Part shown: positions 29,602-38,559 of the stretch, in pieces | Position numbering within the stretch: position 1 is the first letter of the stretch | Layout of the letters: every line of letters starts with the position of its first letter | Assembly: GCA_040386535.1 (NCBI GenBank) | Contig: JAZKFH010000013.1 | Coordinates: 160,001 to 224,000, forward strand | Direction: 5' to 3' | DNA from: Myxococcota bacterium | GTDB lineage: Bacteria; Myxococcota_A; UBA796; SXON01 | Length of the DNA: 64,000 nt | Notes under the pieces: model-generated | Seen by the model: the letters and a program-made list of their open reading frames with translations, nothing else | What the model was told of the DNA's origin: nothing | Database searches by the model: none | Program-made: the position numbers and the translations under genes

Positions 29602-31599
29602 TCAGTTCGCCGAGAACGGCAACGACGCGGTCTCGCCGGCCTTGACCGTGACCTGCTTGCTCTGGTCGATGCCCGCGCCCTCGTTCTTGACGCGCACCGT
29701 GTAGGTCCCGGCCGCGAGCGAGTAGCCGAAGATGGGGGTGTTCCCGATCTTCTTGCCGTCGACGAAGATCTCGGCCCAGCCGCCGCTCACGTTGACGGAC
29801 AGCTTGCCTTCGGCCTTGGCGCGCTCGGAGAGGGTGCGCTCGTAGGGCTCGCGGCCGCCGGAGCTCGGCAGGGACGCCGAGAAGCGCGCCGTGTCGAAGC
29901 CGGACATCCGGTACTCGACGGCGTAGCGGTTGCCCGCGACCCCGCTCCACTCGACGGGGGTGCGCCCGACGAGCCGCCCGTCGACGAACACGTCCGCGCC
30001 GGAGGGGCTCGAGGCGAACGCGGCGGTTGCCGAGGTGGCGACGGCCGTGCCCTGGGAGCTCCCACGCGGCGTGGCGCGGGGCGTGTCGGCGCGGCTCGCC
30101 GCCGACGGCGCGGCGATCTTCACGAGGTTGACCTGGAGGCGCACCCGTTCGCCGGCGGCGACGCTCACGGTCTCCTTGTAGGAGGCGTAGCCCTCCGCGG
30201 ACACCTCGATGATGTGGTCCGCGCCCGGCGCGAGCTCGCCGATCGTGACGTCGGTGCCCTCCCCGGAGAGCACGCCGTCGACCATCACCAGGGCCTCGAC
30301 CGGGCCCACCTTGAGCTGGACGGAGCCGGTCGACAGGGCCGCCGCGGCCTCGACGATCGGGGCGGCGGGCGCCTCGCGTTCCGGCCGCGTGAGGAAGAAC
30401 CCCGCGGTGCCGACGGAGAGCAGGAGCGCCAGCACGGCGACGACGTACGGGATCTTGGAGGCCGGCGCCGCGGGCTCCTGGATCACTGCGGTGCCCCCGC
30501 GCGTCCGCGTGCTCGGCGACTCCTCTTCCCAGTCGGGCTCCAACTCGACCGACTGCCCGCTCTCGTGGAGCGCCAGGGCGAGGCGCGTGCCCTCTTCGAG
30601 GCGGGCGCGCTCCTGGTTCACCTCGTCCGCGAAGAGCTCGGACATGAAGTGCGCGAGGCTCTGCTGCGTGAGGTCGGGCGAGGCTGGGTAGAGGAACTCG
30701 AGCAGGTCGGCGTGGAGCTCGCGCGCGTCCTGGTAGCGATCGCCCGCGTCCTTCGCGAGCGCGCGCATGACGATCTCGTCGAGGCGCGCGGGCACGGCCG
30801 GGTTGAGCGTGCTCGGAGGGTCGACGTCGCCCGACTTGATGCGCGCGAGGGTCTTGAGCTCGTCGTCACTCTTGAAGAGGCGGCGGCCGGTCAACATCTC
30901 GTGGAGGATGATGCCGAGGGAGAAGATGTCGGAGCGCCGGTCGAGCTCCTTGCCGCTCGCCTGCTCGGGGCTCATGTACTCGAACTTGCCCTTGAGCATG
31001 CCCGCGTCGGTGTCCTCGGCGCAGTTCGCCGCCTTGACGATGCCGAAGTCGGCGACCTTCACGTCGCCCCCGTAGGACACGAGCAGGTTCGACGGCGACA
31101 CGTCGCGGTGCACGATGCCGAGGGGCTGGCCCTGGCGCGTGGTGTGCTTGTGCGCGTGATCGAGGCCCTTCGCGGCCTCCATCGCGATGTACACCGCGAA
31201 CTCGCGCGGGAGCAGCTTGCGCCGCTCCGCGAGCTTGCGGAGGATCAACTTCACGTCCTTGCCCTCGACACACTCCATCGCGATGAAGTAGTTGTCGCGG
31301 ATGCGCGCGAAGTCGTAGATGCGCACGACGTTCGAGTGCTGCAGGAGCGCGGACACCTTCGCTTCGTCCATGAACATGCGGACGAATTGTTCGTTGTCCG
31401 ACAGGTGCGAGAGGATCCGCTTGATGACGAGCAGGTTCTCGAAGCCGCCGTGCCCGAAGGTCTTCGCCTTGAAGATCTCGGCCATGCCTCCCATGGCGAT
31501 CTTGTCGACCAGGAAGTACTTCCCGAACACTTCGGGAGAGAAGCCGGGGGCCTGCGTAGCTTCGGCGGGCCGGTCGGAGGCGGGAGCGCTCGGGTTCAT
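29602..31599 (-). CDS. Ser/Thr protein kinase with transmembrane segment and PEGA domains
   Basis: GGMAEIF, IKRI, HRDVSPSN, DFG, GK..YMSPEQ, DIFSLG; transmembrane helix; S.PSGADVFVDG..VG.TP. Confidence 0.93.
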   Translation of the reverse strand: MNPSAPASDRPAEATQAPGFSPEVFGKYFLVDKIAMGGMAEIFKAKTFGHGGFENLLVIKRILSHLSDNEQFVRMFMDEAKVSALLQHSNVVRIYDFARIRDNYFIAMECVEGKDVKLILRKLAERRKLLPREFAVYIAMEAAKGLDHAHKHTTRQGQPLGIVHRDVSPSNLLVSYGGDVKVADFGIVKAANCAEDTDAGMLKGKFEYMSPEQASGKELDRRSDIFSLGIILHEMLTGRRLFKSDDELKTLARIKSGDVDPPSTLNPAVPARLDEIVMRALAKDAGDRYQDARELHADLLEFLYPASPDLTQQSLAHFMSELFADEVNQERARLEEGTRLALALHESGQSVELEPDWEEESPSTRTRGGTAVIQEPAAPASKIPYVVAVLALLLSVGTAGFFLTRPEREAPAAPIVEAAAALSTGSVQLKVGPVEALVMVDGVLSGEGTDVTIGELAPGADHIIEVSAEGYASYKETVSVAAGERVRLQVNLVKIAAPSAASRADTPRATPRGSSQGTAVATSATAAFASSPSGADVFVDGRLVGRTPVEWSGVAGNRYAVEYRMSGFDTARFSASLPSSGGREPYERTLSERAKAEGKLSVNVSGGWAEIFVDGKKIGNTPIFGYSLAAGTYTVRVKNEGAGIDQSKQVTVKAGETASLPFSAN

Positions 31600-31656
31600 T
31601 CGGATCGCATCATACGGCGCGCCGACCATGCCGGTCAACGCGGGGCCGCCGGACGG

Positions 31657-31929
31657 TCAGGGCGCGGCGCTCTGATAGTTGTCGAGCAGCTGCTCGCAGG
31701 TCCACCATTCGCGGAGCTGCTGGGGGTCGCTCACCTCGAGGCACTCGAGCTGCTCGCCCTCGGCGAGGGTGGCGGTGGCGAAGTCGTCCCGGCAGGACTG
31801 CATGTCCTCGGAAGTGGAGGTGTAACCACACTCCCGAGCGTACTGGGCGATGTCGGCGCACAGCGCCTGACAGGGGTTGTCACAGCCGAACAACAAGGCC
31901 ATCACAGCGAGGGGCAGCAGGCGGACCAT
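31657..31929 (-). CDS. Small Cys-rich lipoprotein
   Basis: MVRLLPLAVMALLFGC lipobox plus six further Cys; GGAG upstream. Confidence 0.7.
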   Translation of the reverse strand: MVRLLPLAVMALLFGCDNPCQALCADIAQYARECGYTSTSEDMQSCRDDFATATLAEGEQLECLEVSDPQQLREWWTCEQLLDNYQSAAP

Positions 31930-31972
31930 CCGTCGTTCTCCGGCGCCGCAGCGTAGCAGGTACCATGGGCCC

Positions 31973-33061
31973 ATGGCCACCTCGCCGTCACACCTGGGCG
32001 TGTTGCAGATCGAGCCGACGGATCACTGCAACCTCGCCTGCCGCATGTGCGCGCCCCATGCCGAGCGCTGGGAGACCGTGCACGGCGTGCCCAAGGGGCT
32101 CCTCGATCCGGCGGCCTTCCAGCGGATCCTCGACGCGCTGGTAGCCGAGGACTGTCGGTTCGATCACGTGATCCTCCAGTGGCTCGGCGACCCGTCGGTC
32201 CACCCCGGCCTCGAAGACCTGGTCGCCGCCGCCGGCCGGACGCTCCGCGGGCGTGTGGACTACCTTCGCTTCGACACGAACGCGCTGCTCCTCACCCCCG
32301 AGCGAATGGCGCGGCTGGTGGCGCGCCGCGCGCCGGACGTGCCGCTGCTGGTGGTGTTCACGCTCGACGCCGCGACCCCCGAGACCTACGAGCGCGTGAA
32401 GGGCCGCGACGGGCTCGTGCGCGCCCGCCGCCACATCCGGGCCCTGCTCGCCGCGCGCGCCGCGATGCCGCCGCCCCACAACCTGCACGTGCAGGTCCAG
32501 TTCGTGGTGCAGCCGGGAAACGCGCACGAGGCCGGCGAATTCCTCCGCTACTGGACCGACGCGCTGTCGTGCCACGGCGCGGGGCGCGGGCACGCGGAGA
32601 TCCTCTTCAAGCGCCTCTCCGTCGGGGGCGGCGCCGCGGGGCAGGCCGAGGCCGACCGGCTCTACGACGAGGCGATGGCGCGGTTCGGCATCGTGCCGGT
32701 CGAGGGAGACTCGCTCTCCGTGCGGGTGTGGGCCGAGCGCCCGTGGCAGCGTGACGACGCCCACGCCGGCCCCGCGGTGCGTTCGGCCTGTCCGGGCCTC
32801 TGGTACACGCCGGTCGTACGGCACGACGCGCACCTGCTCATGTGTTGCGCCGATCTGCGCGGCGAGCTCGATCTGGGCTCGCTCGCCGACGCGTCGTTCC
32901 GGACGTTGTGGGAGGGCGACAAAGCCACGCGGGCGCGGCTGGCCCACCTCGCCGGGCGGTTCGACGGGGTGTGCGCCGGGTGTGGCGGCATCAATTGGTA
33001 CGCGCTCAGGCCGGAAGACGCGGCCGCGGCGCGTGCCCGCGGAGCCGCCCTCGGGTTCTGA
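31973..33061 (+). CDS. Radical SAM protein with a SPASM/twitch-like C-terminus
   Basis: QIEPTDHCNLACRMC; C-terminal C...W...CC.D...LGSL...W...CAGC. Confidence 0.88.
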   Translation: MATSPSHLGVLQIEPTDHCNLACRMCAPHAERWETVHGVPKGLLDPAAFQRILDALVAEDCRFDHVILQWLGDPSVHPGLEDLVAAAGRTLRGRVDYLRFDTNALLLTPERMARLVARRAPDVPLLVVFTLDAATPETYERVKGRDGLVRARRHIRALLAARAAMPPPHNLHVQVQFVVQPGNAHEAGEFLRYWTDALSCHGAGRGHAEILFKRLSVGGGAAGQAEADRLYDEAMARFGIVPVEGDSLSVRVWAERPWQRDDAHAGPAVRSACPGLWYTPVVRHDAHLLMCCADLRGELDLGSLADASFRTLWEGDKATRARLAHLAGRFDGVCAGCGGINWYALRPEDAAAARARGAALGF

Positions 33062-33086
33062 GCGGGCCGGACGCAGCGACGGACGG

Positions 33087-34142
33087 CTACGCGACCCGAC
33101 GACGGCGGGTGGCGGCGGCGAGGGCGCCGAGGGCCAGCGCGAGGGCGCCGGTGCCGGCACTTCCCGTGGCGCTGCACGAGAAGAGGCTCTGGGTGTCGTA
33201 GTCCTCGCCCACCTCGTCGGGGCGGACGGGGTCGTCACTCAGGTCGGCGATGGGCTCGACGTCCGCGTCGGTATCCGCGTCCGTATCGGTGTCCGCGTCC
33301 GTGTCGGAGTCCGTGTCCGCGTCGGTGTCGGAGTCCGTATCGGTATCGGTATCGGTGTCCGTGTCGGTATCGGTGTCCGTGTCGGCGTCCCCATACAGCT
33401 CGGCGTACGTGTAGACGGGCGTGTAGTCCTCGATCCACGAGATGTAGGAGTCGACGCGCGCCGTGGCGACGCCGTTGTTGTTGCAGTCCGCGGCGTCGCC
33501 GTACGCGAAGTTGATCACCGCCGTGACCTCGTAGCCGCCGTCCGCCTGGAACTCGAGCATGGGGCCGCCGGAGTCCCCGTGGCAGGCGTTCTGGGCCTCA
33601 GCGTCGCCGTAGTACATCGCGAGGAGGGAGTCGTAGTCGTAGAGCGGGAGGTCGGCGTAGCGCTTCTTCGACACCACGCTCGTGTCGTTGTCGGAGGTGA
33701 TGCCGAAGCCGACGACGCGGTGGTCGTCGCCGATGTCGCGGCTGGTGTACGCATCCTTGTTGACGGCCATGAGATCGACGTCGCGGAAGCTCCGTTCGAG
33801 GTGGAGCATCGCGATGTCGTAGTAGCCGGACCCGTCGTACCGCGGGTGGGCGTACCACTCGTCGGCCTCGACCTCCTGCTCCAGGTGGTTGGAGTCGGGC
33901 CCCACGTAGACCAGCATCTGGTCGACGTCCTGGACGCAGTGCGCCGCGGTCAGCACCCACTCGTCCGCGACGAGGGAGCCGGTGCACACGCCGCCGTAGC
34001 CGTCGCTCGTGAGGGCGTAGATCAGCACGACCTCCTCGTAGTCGGACGTCAGGTCCCCGTTGACGACGGGCGGGGCTTCCTGGGCGAGGGCAGGCGCCGC
34101 GAGGAAGGCCGAGGCGAGGAAGGCCGGGGCGAGGAGGAGCAT
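33087..34142 (-). CDS. Trypsin-like (S1) serine protease with an Asp-Thr linker and MYXO-CTERM-like tail
   Basis: Signal peptide, VVNG, TAAHC, DIAML, GDSGGP; tail FSCSATG...LALGALAAATRRRR. Confidence 0.92.
   Translation of the reverse strand: MLLLAPAFLASAFLAAPALAQEAPPVVNGDLTSDYEEVVLIYALTSDGYGGVCTGSLVADEWVLTAAHCVQDVDQMLVYVGPDSNHLEQEVEADEWYAHPRYDGSGYYDIAMLHLERSFRDVDLMAVNKDAYTSRDIGDDHRVVGFGITSDNDTSVVSKKRYADLPLYDYDSLLAMYYGDAEAQNACHGDSGGPMLEFQADGGYEVTAVINFAYGDAADCNNNGVATARVDSYISWIEDYTPVYTYAELYGDADTDTDTDTDTDTDTDTDSDTDADTDSDTDADTDTDADTDADVEPIADLSDDPVRPDEVGEDYDTQSLFSCSATGSAGTGALALALGALAAATRRRRVA
33261..33389 (-). repeat. Hexanucleotide-period repeat encoding (D-T/A/S)n
   Basis: Encodes DADTDTDTDTDTDTDTDTDSDTDADTDSDTDADTDTDADTDAD. 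Confidence 0.95.
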
Positions 34143-34174
34143 GGGCGCCACCCTGACACGCCGCGGACCTTCCG

Positions 34175-35560
34175 TCAGCCCCGATTTGGTCGCAAGAATG
34201 TGAAGGCGCGTCCCAAGCGGTCGCGCTCCTGCCGCAATTGGCCCAGCTCGAGGTCCTTCTTCTCCAGATCGGCCTTGGTGATGGCGAGCTCTCGGCGAAG
34301 GAACTCGGCTTCGCCGGACTCGGCCGAGAGGCGGGTGCCGAGCACCGCCACGGTCTCGCGACGAAACCCCGCGACGTCCACCATCGCGGCGGAGAGGGCC
34401 TCGACGGAGGAGGTGAGCGCGCGAAGCTGTCCGTGGAGGGTGTCGACCTCGTCGCGCTTGCGGAGCAGCTCGGCCTCCGCGTTCTCGCGCGCCAACCGCT
34501 CGCGCGACGTGCGCGCCTCCGCTCCCGAGAGCCGCGCGCCGCGCCCGAGGAAGCTCCACGGCCGCGCCCGGCGGCGGGGGGTCCAGTCGAGGAGCGCCGC
34601 TTCGGTGAGGGCGGGGGCGTAGCGGGCCGCCAAGTTCGCCGACGAGCGGGGCGTCGTAAGCGCGGCCTCGATCGCGTCCTCCAGCGGCTCGTCCACCCAC
34701 CCGGCGCGCGCCTCGCGCACGGCGTCCGCGAGCGGGGTGTCGGGGTCGGTGATCAACGGCAGCCCCGCGCCGAGGTAGTCCATCTGGCGAAAGCTCTGCG
34801 CGAGCGCACGTTCGGTGTTGGGCGCGTAGCGGTCGAGCGCGACGGTGGCGTTCGCGAGGAGCTGGAGCCAGCCATCGAGCGTGGTGTGCGGCGCGGCCTG
34901 GACCCCCGGGACCGCGGGAAGGCCGACGGACACGATGTCTGCGCGCCCCCCGACCACCGCCACGGCGCGCCGCAGCGTGTCGGTCGCGTCCTGCCACGGC
35001 CAGCTTTTTCCGCCGACCACGAACACCGGCGGGCCGTCGACATCGGCGGTACGCGCGGGCCCGGGGAGGGCGGCGAGGGGGACGAGGAGGCCCGCGGGCT
35101 CGGCCAGATCCCATCCGCCGACGCCGAGCAGACCGGTCCAGAGCCAACGTTGGCGCGGGTTGGAGAACAGGACCTCGTCGGCCGCCTCGATCGCGGCGAG
35201 CGCGCGCCCCGCCTCCTCGCGTTGGAGCCCCTCGAACGCGGCCTCGAGCACGCGGGGGGCGTACAGATCCACGACCAGCGGCGCCACGGGCGCGAGGGCG
35301 GGGGCCTCCTCGGGCGCGACACAGAGGATCCAGTCGGGCGCCGCCGCCGCCGCGAGCCGCGCGAGGTCGCCGGGTGAGCGGAAGCCCGGGAGCGCGCCGG
35401 GGGGGAGGGGAGCTACGTCGTCTTGCGCCCGCGCCAGGGTGAGCACGTCGTGCCCGGCGTTCCGGAGCGCGTCGACATGGACCGCGGCGCGTCGGGCCCC
35501 GCCGGTGACGGGGGCGCCGGGGCGCGGGAGCGGGCCATGATGGACGACGAGGACGCGCAT
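34175..35560 (-). CDS. GT-B-like glycosyltransferase with a C-terminal coiled coil
   Basis: MRVLVV..G..P...TGGARR..L..AGHDV, VVDLYAP, DYLGAGLPLI; heptad-rich Glu/Leu/Arg tail. Confidence 0.65.
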   Translation of the reverse strand: MRVLVVHHGPLPRPGAPVTGGARRAAVHVDALRNAGHDVLTLARAQDDVAPLPPGALPGFRSPGDLARLAAAAAPDWILCVAPEEAPALAPVAPLVVDLYAPRVLEAAFEGLQREEAGRALAAIEAADEVLFSNPRQRWLWTGLLGVGGWDLAEPAGLLVPLAALPGPARTADVDGPPVFVVGGKSWPWQDATDTLRRAVAVVGGRADIVSVGLPAVPGVQAAPHTTLDGWLQLLANATVALDRYAPNTERALAQSFRQMDYLGAGLPLITDPDTPLADAVREARAGWVDEPLEDAIEAALTTPRSSANLAARYAPALTEAALLDWTPRRRARPWSFLGRGARLSGAEARTSRERLARENAEAELLRKRDEVDTLHGQLRALTSSVEALSAAMVDVAGFRRETVAVLGTRLSAESGEAEFLRRELAITKADLEKKDLELGQLRQERDRLGRAFTFLRPNRG

Positions 35561-35680
35561 CGGGCGAGTCTATTCCATCGGCTCCGCCTCCTCGACCGCC
35601 GGCTACCCGCCAAGAGAGGGGCGGTGAGTTAGCCACGGGGCCGCCGCCCTTGCTACGCTGCTGGGCGTTCGGAGTCGCGC

Positions 35681-36697
35681 GTGGCAAGGTCCGTTTTCCG
35701 TCGAGTCGTGTTCGCGACGCTGCTGGGTGCCATGAGCCTCGCCGCGTTCGAGGGGATCGCCCGCGTGTTGCCCGCGAGCGCCACCGCGGACCGGGGCACG
35801 GTGGTGCGCGAGATCACTGGCGACGACTCGTTCGTCTCCGACGGCGAGGTGCCCGGCTGGGACATCGATCCGGGGGGCGGCGACAACTGGGGCACGCGCT
35901 ACACCGTGAACCGCTGGCGGATGCGCGGGCCCGACTATTCCGAGACGAAGGGCGAGGGCGTCAAGCGGGTCATCTTCGTGGGGGACTCGTCGGTCTTCGG
36001 CGTCCTGCTCGACTGGCCCGACACCTTCTCCGCGCGGTTCGAGCGCCTGCGCGACACGGCCACGCCGGGCACCGACTGGCAGGTGGCCAACTGCGCGTGC
36101 CCCGGCCACAGCACGGAGCAGTCCCGTCGCAAGTTGGAGCGCCAATGTCTCGCCTTCCAGCCGGACTACGTCGTGATCGCGAACCAATTCAGCGACGCCA
36201 CGCGGGAGTCCGCCGCGGACATCGAGCGGTTCGGCCTCACGCGTGAGATCGCGCTGACCCGCGCCGCGGAACACTTCGCCGGGTACCGCCTGCTGCGGAA
36301 CACGTGGCTGCGCGCGAGGGGCGCGGACGCCGTGGTGCCGCACGAGATCCCACAGATGGGGATCGTCCAGAACGGAAAATTCCGGCGCGTGCCGCCCGAG
36401 GACTACGAGGCCAACCTGCGGCGGATGGTCGCGATCGTGCGGGAGTCGGGCGCCACGCCCGTGTTCCTCCTGCTCGCCTCGCGAGACGACCTCCAGGAGG
36501 GCGTGCCCAGCTCGTCGCAGGACTATCGGGACGCGATGCGCCTGGTCGCCGAGCAGGAGGGGGTGCCCCTCGCGGACGCGGCCAAGCAGTTCGCCAAGCT
36601 GCCGCGGGTGGACGGGCTGTTCGAGGACCAGGTGCACCCCGGCCCCGTCGGCGCCGGGTTCGTCGCGCTCCTGCTCAACGAGACGGTGCCGCGTTGA
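35681..36697 (+). CDS. SGNH/GDSL hydrolase family protein
   Basis: FVGDSSVFG block I, N...PG.ST.Q block II, DQVHP block V; N-terminal transmembrane segment. Confidence 0.85.
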   Translation: MARSVFRRVVFATLLGAMSLAAFEGIARVLPASATADRGTVVREITGDDSFVSDGEVPGWDIDPGGGDNWGTRYTVNRWRMRGPDYSETKGEGVKRVIFVGDSSVFGVLLDWPDTFSARFERLRDTATPGTDWQVANCACPGHSTEQSRRKLERQCLAFQPDYVVIANQFSDATRESAADIERFGLTREIALTRAAEHFAGYRLLRNTWLRARGADAVVPHEIPQMGIVQNGKFRRVPPEDYEANLRRMVAIVRESGATPVFLLLASRDDLQEGVPSSSQDYRDAMRLVAEQEGVPLADAAKQFAKLPRVDGLFEDQVHPGPVGAGFVALLLNETVPR

Positions 36698-38559
36698 ACG
36701 GCGGGGGGCTCGGGCCCCGGCAGCTGCTCGCGCGTATCGATCACCTCCCCACGCTGCTCGCGGCGCTGCTCTGCCTGCACGGGCTGTGGCGCTGGCCCCT
36801 CTGGGAGGACGAGCTGTTCACCTGGGGCGTCGCGACCGATCTCCCGCTGAACCGCGTGTTCGAGCTGGCCGCGAAGGACCGCCACCCCCCCCTCTACTTC
36901 CTCCTCACCGCGCTCATCGCGCGGATCGGCAACAGCGACGCGATGTTGCGTCTGCCGTCGGCCGTGGCCGCGATCGGCGCGGTGGCGCTGGTGGTGCACG
37001 TCGGCCGTCGCCACCTCGGCGTCGGCGCGGTCGCCGCGTGGATGCTGCCGCTCCTGCCGTTCGTCCTGGTCTACGGCAGCATGGCGCGCTCGTACGCACT
37101 TCTGCTCGTCCTGGGCGCTGGGCTGCTGGCGGCCTCGTTCCTCACGGTGCGGCGGGCCGCCGTCGCGGTGGCGGTGCTCGGCGTGCTCGGCGTCCACACC
37201 CACTACGCGATGGCGCTCCCGATCGCGGCCGCGGTGGTCGTGGTCGCCCTCCGCGGGTGGGCCGAGGCCCGCCCCGGCGAGCGCATGAGGGGCGTGCTCC
37301 CGGCGGTGGGGGCGGTCGTCGCGATGGGCGTGTGTTTCATCCCGTGGGGGATGGTCGCCGCCGGCCAGGCCGCGCGGGAGTCCACCCAAGGCGTGCGCTA
37401 CAGCGTGCTCGCCTGGGCCCTCTGGCCCATCGCCCGCTTCGTGCCGCACGTCGCCTGGCCCATGCTCGCGCTCGCGCTCCTCGGCGTCGGGTGGGTCGTG
37501 AAGGGCATCTCCGGGCCCTCCGCGGCGGGGCCATCCCTCCGCCTCGTGCTCCTCCCGTGGATCCTCGCCGCCGCCGTGCTCCCGCTGTACGCGAGCACCC
37601 GTGGGGCCACCGCGACGAAGCTCTACGTGTTCGCCCCGCTCCTGCCGCTCTTCGTGCTCCTGGCCGCCGTGGCGCTCACGCGCCTCACCGCGGGCCTCGC
37701 CGCCCGCCTCCCCGCGGGCGCCGCGCCCTTCCGCGATCTGATCGTGGCCGCCCCGTTGCTGCTCTTCGTGCTCCCCGACACCGTCACCGTCCTGGCCCTC
37801 CCCGCCGTGCCGCTCGAGCTCGGCCTGGTGATGAGCGGCAGCCGGGACGTTCGTCGGGACGCCGAGCTGTTCAACTCCGTCGATCCCACACTTTTTGACC
37901 GCGCGATCGACGACCGGACGTGGACCCCGTACAGCCGCTACCTGCCCCGTCCGCTCCCGGGCACGCAGAAGATGCGCGCGTGGTACGGGTGGCGACGCAC
38001 CGAGGGCGCCGAGGCGCAGGCCATCTCCGAAGGGGTGCAGGATCGTGGCTGCTTCTTCCGGCGCTCCTTCCTGAGCCTCGTCTACGTCACCGACCCCATG
38101 TGGTGCATGGCGCTGCGGGAAGGCATCACGACGGTCGCGCAGGAGGACGGGTACGGTCCGTTCCTCTTGCAAGCGGCCGAGTTCGCGCGGGAGCGGGGTG
38201 ACACCGCGGCCGCGGAGGGGCTCGCCCGCAAGGCGGTCGGCCGCATGGGCCCGTCCGGGGAGCCGTCGTTGTTCCTGGCGCGGCGCCAGCTCGAGCGGGG
38301 CGACGCGGACGCCGCGCTCGCGACCGTGGAGCGCGGGATGTCCCTCTCGAAGCGGTGGGGCGACGAGGCGCGCGTGGCGCAGCTCTACGAGCTCGCGGGC
38401 GTGGCGAGCGAGCAGAAGGGGGACGCCGATGGGGTTGCGACGGCGAAGGCCGGCGTGACGTGCGCGCGGGCCGAGCAGGTGCCCCTGACCCTGTGCGGCA
38501 CCTGGGCCGAATCCCTTTGGCCCGTCGCCGAGGTCACTCCCCGGCGCGGGGGGCGGTGA
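36694..38559 (+). CDS. GT-C (family 39/ArnT-like) membrane glycosyltransferase with a TPR-like C-terminus
   Basis: LWEDE, HPPLYF, LRLPS, ARSYAL, THY; many transmembrane segments; TTG start overlapping the SGNH stop. Confidence 0.78.
   Translation: MNGGGLGPRQLLARIDHLPTLLAALLCLHGLWRWPLWEDELFTWGVATDLPLNRVFELAAKDRHPPLYFLLTALIARIGNSDAMLRLPSAVAAIGAVALVVHVGRRHLGVGAVAAWMLPLLPFVLVYGSMARSYALLLVLGAGLLAASFLTVRRAAVAVAVLGVLGVHTHYAMALPIAAAVVVVALRGWAEARPGERMRGVLPAVGAVVAMGVCFIPWGMVAAGQAARESTQGVRYSVLAWALWPIARFVPHVAWPMLALALLGVGWVVKGISGPSAAGPSLRLVLLPWILAAAVLPLYASTRGATATKLYVFAPLLPLFVLLAAVALTRLTAGLAARLPAGAAPFRDLIVAAPLLLFVLPDTVTVLALPAVPLELGLVMSGSRDVRRDAELFNSVDPTLFDRAIDDRTWTPYSRYLPRPLPGTQKMRAWYGWRRTEGAEAQAISEGVQDRGCFFRRSFLSLVYVTDPMWCMALREGITTVAQEDGYGPFLLQAAEFARERGDTAAAEGLARKAVGRMGPSGEPSLFLARRQLERGDADAALATVERGMSLSKRWGDEARVAQLYELAGVASEQKGDADGVATAKAGVTCARAEQVPLTLCGTWAESLWPVAEVTPRRGGR

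Noticed and set aside
31657..31929. Cys-rich small protein as a sactipeptide/ranthipeptide precursor for the divergent radical SAM
   Set aside because: It has a signal peptide and lipobox and an even number of additional Cys, which fits a disulfide-bonded lipoprotein better. It is also transcribed divergently.
33087..35687. 866-aa ORF suggesting a large protease fusion
   Set aside because: The upstream part is an Arg/Pro-rich alternative frame of the glycosyltransferase. The protease starts at ATG 34142.
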